A stretch of DNA of 32,364 nucleotides, taken from positions 1 through 32,364 of the forward strand of contig JAOZFH010000016.1 in NCBI GenBank assembly GCA_027491415.1. The letters run 5' to 3'. A program made the translations under genes and the position numbers. The notes below the pieces were generated by a model. It saw only the letters and a list, made by a program, of their open reading frames with translations, was not told the origin of the DNA and searched no databases. Below, piece after piece: positions 26,269 to 32,364 of this stretch; the stretch's first letter is position 1; each line of letters opens with the position of its first letter. This DNA comes from Thermoproteota archaeon. Its GTDB lineage: Archaea; Korarchaeota; Korarchaeia; Korarchaeales; Korarchaeaceae.

Positions 26269-27294
26269 TCACCTCACCCCCCTGGTGCGCGGGTCCGTCA
26301 CGAGAATCAGGATGTCCGCCAGCAGGTTGGAGAGAACGAAGAAGAGGGCCGATATCATCACGGCGGCTATGACGACTGGATAGTCCCTTGCGTAAATCGC
26401 GTCTACTGCCAGCCTGCCCATGCCGGGCCACGCGAACACGGTCTCCACGAAGAAGGACCCCGTTAGGAAGAAGCCGAGCTGGAGGGCGACGATGTTTATG
26501 GTCGGTATGAGGGCGTTCCTGAGGGCGTGCTTGTAAATCACGGCGCTCTCCCTGAGGCCCCTGGCCCTGGCCGCCCTGATGAACTCGGCCCCAAGGACGC
26601 TGATCAGGTTGTTCCTGAGGAGCCTCACTATCAGGGCCGCCGCCGGGATGCCCAGCGACAGGGCCGGGAGGATTATGTGGCTGAGGGCTGACCTGACCAC
26701 CTCCCAGTCCCCGGCGAGTATCCCGTCGAGGATGTAGAAGCCCGTCACCCTCTCGACGGTCAGGGTGACGTCCAGCCTCCCCGAGATGGGGAGGACCTTG
26801 AGGGTCGTCCCGAACACGAGGATGAGCAGCATGGCTATCCAGAAGTTGGGCATCGAGAAGCCCACGACGGAGAGGCCCACGATGCCCCTGTCCACCGCCC
26901 CTCCCTTCAGGGCGGCGAATATGCCGGCGGGGATGGCTATCACGATGGCCACGGCCAGGGCGAAGAAGGCCAGCTCAACCGTGGCCGGAAGCCTCTCGAG
27001 AACCACTTCCAAGGCTGGCCTGTTGAACTGGTAGGATATGCCGACGTCCCCGTGAATCAGCTGCCTCAGGAAGTAGAAGAACCTGACGTAGAGGGGCCTG
27101 TCAAGTCCGTACTTGTGCCTGAGCTGCTGAATGAACTCCTCGCTGACGTCGCTCTGCTTACCTATCAGCATGGTGACGGGGTCTCCCGGGACGAAGCTGA
27201 ACACCAGGAAGACGATTATCGCAATTCCAAACATCACGGGAATGAGGCCGACGATCCGCCGTCCGATCAGCCGGAGGAGATCACTGTCTAACAT
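26269..27294 (-). CDS. dppB: Dipeptide/oligopeptide ABC permease
   Basis: PGDPV, RLPATVELA, ARARGL...KHALRNAL, ETVFAWPGMG, RDYPVV. Confidence 0.93.
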   Translation of the reverse strand: MLDSDLLRLIGRRIVGLIPVMFGIAIIVFLVFSFVPGDPVTMLIGKQSDVSEEFIQQLRHKYGLDRPLYVRFFYFLRQLIHGDVGISYQFNRPALEVVLERLPATVELAFFALAVAIVIAIPAGIFAALKGGAVDRGIVGLSVVGFSMPNFWIAMLLILVFGTTLKVLPISGRLDVTLTVERVTGFYILDGILAGDWEVVRSALSHIILPALSLGIPAAALIVRLLRNNLISVLGAEFIRAARARGLRESAVIYKHALRNALIPTINIVALQLGFFLTGSFFVETVFAWPGMGRLAVDAIYARDYPVVIAAVMISALFFVLSNLLADILILVTDPRTRGVR

Positions 27295-27314
27295 TGGCGC
27301 ACACGCTCCCGCCT

Positions 27315-27338
27315 AAAAAAGAAAGAGGGGGGGAAGGA
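27315..27338 (-). terminator. Intra-operon pyrimidine/T-rich terminator-like tract after dppA
   Basis: Minus strand TCCTTCCCCCCCTCTTTCTTTTTT directly after the dppA stop. Confidence 0.5.
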
Positions 27339-28955
27339 TTAGACGCTTATGTCGGCATCCACCAGGTTGTACCTCTCGTCGGTCCTGGGGGTGAACGTGA
27401 CCTCCTTCCTGTAGACCCACGGGTCGAACTGCTCCCACAGCCAGATGGCGGGAGCGTCCTCCTGCAGGATCCTCTCGAGCTCCATGAACTTCTGGGCCCT
27501 CTGCTCCGGGTCGAGCGTGGCGAGGGCCTCCTTCATAAGCCTAGTGACCTCGTCGTTGTGGTACTGGAACGCGTAGGTGTCCTTCTCCCTGGCGAAGGTG
27601 GAGTTCACGTTCCCGTAGAGCTCCAGCTCGCCGCATCCCCAGGAGCCGAAGTACATGTCACCCTTGGCCTTGAGGAGGTACTCGTTCTTGATGGTGCCCC
27701 AGTCCATGAGCTGGATCGTTACGTTGACTCCCACCTGCCCGAGGTAGTAGGCGATGGCCTCGGCCTGGTCCTTCCTCCACTCCTCGTCGTACATCATGAC
27801 GGCGTCAAAGCCGTCAGGGTAGCCAGCCTCGGCGAGCAACTGCCTCGCCCTGTCGGGGTCGTACGGGAAGGGCTCCAGGTTCGGGTCGTGCCCCAGGACG
27901 CCGGGGAAGGACATGCAGGCTATCCTGCGTCCGTAGCCCTTCAGCACGTTCTTAATGATGGCGTCAACGTCCACCGCCATGTTGAGGGCGTGCCTGACCC
28001 TCTTGTCGTTGAACGGGGCCTTGTGGGTGTTCAGGAACACGAAGACGGACCTGGCCGCCCTGACCTTCTCGACCACCAGGTTCGGGTCCTTCGCCATCTC
28101 CTCGGCCTGGTCCGCGGTGAACCCATAGGAGATGTGGATCTCGCCCGCCTTCAGGGCCTGCATCCGCGTGGCGGAGTCCGGAATGACCTTGAAGATCAGC
28201 TTGTCGACCTTCGGCGGGCCGACCGGCGGCACCTCAGCTGGACCGCCCCAGTAGTCGGGGTTCTTCTCGAAGACTATCCTCTCCCCGGGCACCCACTCCA
28301 CGAACTTGAACGGGCCGGTGCTGAACGGGTTCTTGAAGAAGTCCTCCCCCTGCGCCTCGACGGCGTGCTTGGGCAGTATCTCTTGGTACGTGAGGTCCAC
28401 CATCAGCGGGCCGCTCGGGTACTTGGTCTTGATCTCCAGTGTGTAGTCGTCGATTATCGTAATGGTGTCGATCTCGTCTATCATGCTGGCCCTGGGGGAG
28501 TTCTGGTTGGGGTCTAGGATCCTCTCCAGCGTGAACTTCACGTCCTCCGCCTTCAGCTCGGTCCCGTCGTGGAACTTGATCCCTTTCCTCAGCTTCAGCC
28601 TCCAGGTCAGGTCGTCGACGAATTCGTAGGACTCCAGCAGGTGCGGGATGACCCTCATGTCGTTGGTCCTCCAGAACAGCGGCTCGGCGTACTGCTGGAT
28701 GACGCTCTCGGTGACCCTCTTCCTGTGCATCGCCGGGTCGAGGGTCACTATGTCCTCCTTCAGCCCGAAGATGAGGACCTTCTCCTTCGGCGGCGGGGCG
28801 GTCGTCGGCGCCGCGGTCGTGGAGGGGGGCTGGGTGGTGGGGGTGGGGGTTGGGGACGGCTTTTTGGCCACCTTATACCCTATGATGCCCAAGGCGGCGG
28901 CCACGACGGCCGCTCCGGCCACCTTCAAGAAGTTACGTCGGGGGGTCTCGGACAT
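27339..28955 (-). CDS. dppA: Family-5 ABC substrate-binding protein with Tat signal and Pro/Thr linker
   Basis: PRRNFLK twin-Arg, PTPTPTTQPP linker, LRKGIKFHDG, TGPFKF, NPDYWG, VRHALNMAVD. Confidence 0.92.
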   Translation of the reverse strand: MSETPRRNFLKVAGAAVVAAALGIIGYKVAKKPSPTPTPTTQPPSTTAAPTTAPPPKEKVLIFGLKEDIVTLDPAMHRKRVTESVIQQYAEPLFWRTNDMRVIPHLLESYEFVDDLTWRLKLRKGIKFHDGTELKAEDVKFTLERILDPNQNSPRASMIDEIDTITIIDDYTLEIKTKYPSGPLMVDLTYQEILPKHAVEAQGEDFFKNPFSTGPFKFVEWVPGERIVFEKNPDYWGGPAEVPPVGPPKVDKLIFKVIPDSATRMQALKAGEIHISYGFTADQAEEMAKDPNLVVEKVRAARSVFVFLNTHKAPFNDKRVRHALNMAVDVDAIIKNVLKGYGRRIACMSFPGVLGHDPNLEPFPYDPDRARQLLAEAGYPDGFDAVMMYDEEWRKDQAEAIAYYLGQVGVNVTIQLMDWGTIKNEYLLKAKGDMYFGSWGCGELELYGNVNSTFAREKDTYAFQYHNDEVTRLMKEALATLDPEQRAQKFMELERILQEDAPAIWLWEQFDPWVYRKEVTFTPRTDERYNLVDADISV

Positions 28956-28979
28956 AGGACCACCTTTCGCCTACGGTGT

Positions 28980-28994
28980 GGTAACCTTTTGCCG
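28980..28994 (-). promoter_or_regulatory. Palindromic operator (second copy)
   Basis: Minus strand CGGCAAAAGGTTACC, 12 bp downstream of TTTATA (29011-29006). Confidence 0.6.
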
Positions 28995-29064
28995 AAAGAA
29001 TACAATATAAACATGCTCCCTTCCTCGATTAGGTTGGAAAAATTTAATCCACAATCTCACCCTC

Positions 29065-29094
29065 TTGCCCACTAAGGGTAATCGATACCGGGGC
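29065..29094 (-). promoter_or_regulatory. Upstream 30-bp element (second copy)
   Basis: Minus strand GCCCCGGTATCGATTACCCTTAGTGGGCAA; ends 110 bp before the dppA ATG (106 bp for the other copy). Confidence 0.65.
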
Positions 29095-29327
29095 AATTGG
29101 CGGATAGGGACGTTGCTTAATCGCGCTTGAGGTCACGAGAAGAGTCCACTTACTCGCCAACCACGCGTGAAAGACCGTCCCCGCTGGCGTGTTGTGGTGG
29201 GATTTTGCCCAGGGAGGGGCAGCCGGTTAGTCCAACTTGTTTGCCGCTGAGCGGTCAGTAAACTCCCGTTACCGGCTTGCCGGTAGCGAGGAGTCTACGG
29301 CCCCGCGCGTGAATCCCCAAGCCCAGC

Positions 29328-29567
29328 TCACTCAAGGTCTTCTACGACTATGCGGATGCTTGGATCAACGCTCGTGACGGCTTCTACGATCTGATTCACT
29401 GCTTTGCGTCGAAGTCGGAGAATCGTGGCCTCTCCCCTGTGAGGCTCCAAGAGGATTATGGACAGGAACCCACGGTCGTCTCCGACTAGGTATTCGTAAG
29501 CGTGCATCCTCACGTAGAAGCCCCGCTCCCTGAGTTCCCTCAGCAGCCTCAGCCGCTCGCCTGGCAT
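29328..29567 (-). CDS. Small hypothetical protein (79 aa)
   Basis: ATG lies 2 nt after the trxB stop (TGA-TC-ATG); MPGERLRLLRELRERGFYVRMHAYEYLVG...; protein-like composition. Confidence 0.6.
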   Translation of the reverse strand: MPGERLRLLRELRERGFYVRMHAYEYLVGDDRGFLSIILLEPHRGEATILRLRRKAVNQIVEAVTSVDPSIRIVVEDLE

Positions 29568-29569
29568 GA

Positions 29570-30553
29570 TCAGCGGCGACGGAGATCGAAAGCCTCCCAC
29601 TCCTCCCTCCACCTCCTGTCTACCTCCTCCGACCCGCCGTAGGGCCCGCCCAAGACCTCTTCAAACGCGTCCACGGCCGCCCTGGTGCCGTCGCCGACGG
29701 CCTTACTGATCTGCATGGGGTAGCCGACCACGTCGCCGACGGCATACACCCCAGGGACGCTGGTTCTCTGCCTCGCATCGACCAAGATAAAGCCCCTCTC
29801 GTCTGTCCTCACGCCGAGGGACCTGGCCAGCCCTGAGACGGGCCGGACCCCCACGAATATGAAGACGCCGTCGACGGCGACCTCTTTCTTCTCTCCCGTC
29901 TTCAAGTCCCTCAGGAGGACTCCTTCTACCCTCTCATCCCCGACTATGCGCTCGACGACGGTGTTCCACACGGGCTCGACGTTCGGAAGGGAGAGTAGCC
30001 TCCTCACGCGGGCCTCGTTGGCCCTCATCCTGTTCCTCCGGTGGACCAGGTAGACCTTTGAGGCCAGCCCGGCGAGGTGAATTCCGGATATGGCGGCGGT
30101 CTCTCCGCCACCCACCACCGCAACCACCTTCCCACGGAACAGCGGGCCGTCGCACACCGCGCAGTAGCTCACGCCGCGGCCGTAGAGTTCCCTCTCGCCG
30201 GGGACTCCAAGCTCCCTCTCCTCGGCCCCGGTGCCCACGATCACCACCCTCGCGGTCAGGGTCCTTCCCGACCTGGTAGCCGCGACGAATCGGCCTGAAT
30301 CCGCCCTCAGGTCGATTACTTCGTCAGGGAAGAGGAACTCAACCCCGGCGGACTCGGCGTGGTAGGCGAACCTCCTCGCCAGATCCTCGCCGGGGATCTC
30401 GACGAAGGGGGGATAGTTCTCCACCAGCGGATTGAGGGTCACCCTGCCTCCCAGCGCCTCCCTCTCGACGACCAAGACCCTCGCGCCGAACCTGACCAGG
30501 TAGATAGCCGCGGTCAGACCCCCAGGACCGCCTCCGATCACCAGCGCGTCCAA
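29570..30553 (-). CDS. trxB: Thioredoxin-disulfide reductase
   Basis: GGGPGGLTAAIY, GRGVSYCAVCDG, VVGGG, VHRR, PGVYAVGD. Confidence 0.92.
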   Translation of the reverse strand: MDALVIGGGPGGLTAAIYLVRFGARVLVVEREALGGRVTLNPLVENYPPFVEIPGEDLARRFAYHAESAGVEFLFPDEVIDLRADSGRFVAATRSGRTLTARVVIVGTGAEERELGVPGERELYGRGVSYCAVCDGPLFRGKVVAVVGGGETAAISGIHLAGLASKVYLVHRRNRMRANEARVRRLLSLPNVEPVWNTVVERIVGDERVEGVLLRDLKTGEKKEVAVDGVFIFVGVRPVSGLARSLGVRTDERGFILVDARQRTSVPGVYAVGDVVGYPMQISKAVGDGTRAAVDAFEEVLGGPYGGSEEVDRRWREEWEAFDLRRR

Positions 30554-30725
30554 GTTCCTCTACACACCCCTCTCGGAAGGCGCGGCGGCCAGAGTCGGAG
30601 TGAACACCGCTGCGGTCGTCATCACGAGATCGCGCCCGGTCACGTTAAGGGTTTTGTCGGCCACCCAGAGGTCGATCCCAAACAAAAACAGATCGCCGCG
30701 GAGTGACTTGACCTCGCAGTCGTAG

Positions 30726-30808
30726 AGAGGTGGAAAGGAGAGGCGCGGTCAACCCCTTACAGGGCCTCCCACCCTCATCCCTCCCACCTCCCGGGGCTTT
30801 CGCCCCGC
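30726..30808 (-). ncRNA. Putative structured small RNA (two GNRA-capped hairpins)
   Basis: CGGGGC-GAAA-GCCCCG, then a ~28-bp interrupted hairpin capped by GUAA; G.U pairs and GNRA loops exist only on the minus strand; TATA box upstream. Confidence 0.55.
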
Positions 30809-30831
30809 TTATGCGGGGGCGGGAATGTCGC

Positions 30832-30846
30832 ATATAAATATTTCTC
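30832..30846 (-). promoter_or_regulatory. BRE/TATA promoter
   Basis: Minus strand GAGAAATA-TTTATAT about 24 nt upstream of the first hairpin. Confidence 0.55.
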
Positions 30847-31048
30847 ATATTGTTTTGCTATATTATGGTACATCTTAAGAAATCATTAACCTAATGAGGG
30901 GGGTTTAATCCATTCTTAGGTATCACGGCGATTAATAGCTCATTGAGGGAAGAGTTACCCTTGGAGTGCCAGGGATGACCTCCACGCGGGTGCGGAGGTT
31001 TGTTCGGCGTGAAGTTTGGAGGAAAAAGGGTAGGGAGGGGGATCACCT

Positions 31049-31729
31049 TCACTTCTCCAGCCTCGGCAGGATCTTCTTCTCCGCGTACTCCTTGACGACG
31101 TCCTTGAGTCCCCAGCCCAGCGCGACTCCCAGGCCAACCGCGGAGCCCACGGCCACTCCGATGGCGAGGTACTTGACCAGCGCCTCGAGAAGCGTCACGT
31201 CTATCCTCATCTGCCTGAGGCCCACTAGGAACACTACGAAGTACACCATGACCTTGAAGAGGTTGCCGAACAGGCCTCCCCACTCGATGCCCCCCTTCTC
31301 CGCCGTCTCGATCACCAGGTCGCCCAAGAGGTCGCCCACGACGAATCCGACGAGTATGATCACTATGCCCGCCGCCAGGTCGGGTAGGTAGGCCACGACC
31401 TGCTGCAGGAAGGCGCTGAGCCTCTCGACCCCCAGCACCTCGGAGGCCGCGGTGAGCGCGAGCAGGTAGACGAACCACCTAGCTATGACGTCAAAGACGG
31501 AGACGAGGCTTATCTTCGCCCGCGCCTCTATCGCCTTGCCCACGCTGGTCTGCCTGAGGGCGTCGTCTACTCCCACCTTGTCAAGGGCGAAGGAGACCGC
31601 CTTGCCGAACACCCTGCCCGCCGCCCAACCGATTATCAGGATAGCCACGGCCTTTATGATGCCGGGTATCCAGCCGACTATCTGCTCGATTATTCCGGCC
31701 AAGTAGGCCGAGAGGCCCATCATTTTCAC
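31049..31729 (-). CDS. Conserved TM-helix repeat protein (CmpX / MscS N-terminal-like)
   Basis: Two repeats, WIPGIIKAVAILIIGW and YLPDLAAGIVIILVGF; GVALGWGLKD; no MscS beta domain evident. Confidence 0.75.
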   Translation of the reverse strand: MKMMGLSAYLAGIIEQIVGWIPGIIKAVAILIIGWAAGRVFGKAVSFALDKVGVDDALRQTSVGKAIEARAKISLVSVFDVIARWFVYLLALTAASEVLGVERLSAFLQQVVAYLPDLAAGIVIILVGFVVGDLLGDLVIETAEKGGIEWGGLFGNLFKVMVYFVVFLVGLRQMRIDVTLLEALVKYLAIGVAVGSAVGLGVALGWGLKDVVKEYAEKKILPRLEK

Positions 31730-31915
31730 CCCCTGAGCGCGCGGAGCCCTCCGGGAATATAAGCGTTTCAGGTAGTTTGAGGGTATTCACCGTTAACTAA
31801 GAACAACCTTGGTGGGCCTTCAGGGTATCACGCGTAAATTGTATTGATCCTCGGTCTCGGCAAGATTTTATGGTTCGAGCCGGCCCCGACGATGCCGTCT
31901 TAACGTGTGCCGGCG

Positions 31916-32364
31916 ATGCCGGCGCGTTTGCGCGTTCGGAGGCTGCTGCTGTCGGGCTGCGACGCGATGCTGGACATGATCTTCTATTTGGATTCGCTTC
32001 CCCCGCCCGGAGGGGACGTCAGGGCGAGGGAAGCCCTGATCTCTCCGGGAGGAGCGTCAGTCAACTTCGCTGTCGCCGCCTCCCGGCTTGGCCAGCCCTC
32101 TGCTGTCGTGGGGAAGGTGGCGGGGGACCCCGCGGGGCTGACGATCCTCGACTTCCTAAGGCGGGAGGGTGTGGACACTGGCGGGCTGACGGTCTCCACC
32201 TCGTGCGGGGCGACCGGGGTGGTCGCGTCTCTGGTGGACGGATCCGGCAAGAGGACCATGATCTCCTACCTCCCCCGGGGCTGTGAGGTCGCCAGGGCCG
32301 ACGTGCCCTGGGGCCTGGCGAGGCGGGCGCGGGTCTTCCACTTCGCAGGGTACTCCCTCCTTCC
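31916..32364 (+). CDS. PfkB-family carbohydrate kinase, 3'-truncated
   Basis: Not in ORF track (no stop in window). Hand translation ...AMLDMIFYLDSLPPPG...SPGGASVNFAVAASRLG...VGKVAGDPAG...EGVDT...VDGSGKRTM; PfkB signature 1. Confidence 0.88.
   Translation, partial: MPARLRVRRLLLSGCDAMLDMIFYLDSLPPPGGDVRAREALISPGGASVNFAVAASRLGQPSAVVGKVAGDPAGLTILDFLRREGVDTGGLTVSTSCGATGVVASLVDGSGKRTMISYLPRGCEVARADVPWGLARRARVFHFAGYSLL

Noticed and set aside
28788-28860. G-rich low-complexity tract, possible repeat or G-quadruplex
   Set aside because: Explained by the Pro/Thr linker codons of dppA on the minus strand.
30560-30778. Possible selenocysteine readthrough of MRVGGPVRG-TGA, which stays open almost to trxB
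   Set aside because: The extension resembles no selenoprotein I know, crosses a promoter-like sequence, and the hairpin does not fit archaeal or eukaryotic SECIS geometry.
30840-30960. AT-rich stretch as a replication origin
   Set aside because: No ORB-like repeats and no cdc6/orc1 nearby; promoter sequence explains part of it.
31870-31890. GGTTCGAGCC, similar to a tRNA T-loop
   Set aside because: Only a 2-bp stem and no cloverleaf around it.
31870-32286. 138-aa ORF from the ORF track
   Set aside because: Wrong frame; the overlapping frame from 31916 encodes clear PfkB motifs.
1-32364. CRISPR arrays, IS elements, integrases, rRNA/tRNA genes
   Set aside because: No regularly spaced repeats, terminal inverted repeats, transposase/integrase motifs or stable-RNA signatures were seen by eye.

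Overview
High-GC archaeal window (AGG-rich codons, GGAGG/GGTG ribosome-binding sites, BRE/TATA promoters, pyrimidine-rich terminators). The gene content (tungsten-type AOR, SQR-like protein) suggests an anaerobe; exact lineage cannot be fixed from this sequence. Left part: CPBP protease end, AbrB-PhoU regulator, stand-alone encapsulin-type ferritin, an ABC transporter with no binding protein, DUF47, a decayed antiporter copy, a Roadblock-V4R-MglA-like GTPase operon, K+-independent H+-pyrophosphatase, CPA2 antiporter, DUF1641/SQR-like pair, AOR with ferredoxin, and a DUF2148-like protein. The main candidate for an undescribed system is 17.0-29.1 kb, two convergent operons: (i) uncharacterised B12-binding enzyme, opine dehydrogenase, GlmL/MutL-type accessory factor; (ii) Dpp/Opp ABC transporter with an embedded C45 Ntn-hydrolase and a terminal NrpR-family regulator. 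Their promoters share a 30-bp element (21/30 identical, 106-110 bp upstream of the start codons) and a 14-bp palindrome GGCAA-N4-TTACC, which points to one regulon. Right part: small hypothetical protein, trxB, a putative ~85-nt structured ncRNA with its own promoter, a TM-helix protein and a partial PfkB kinase. No tRNA, rRNA, CRISPR array or transposase was seen. All family calls come from motif recognition, not database searches.
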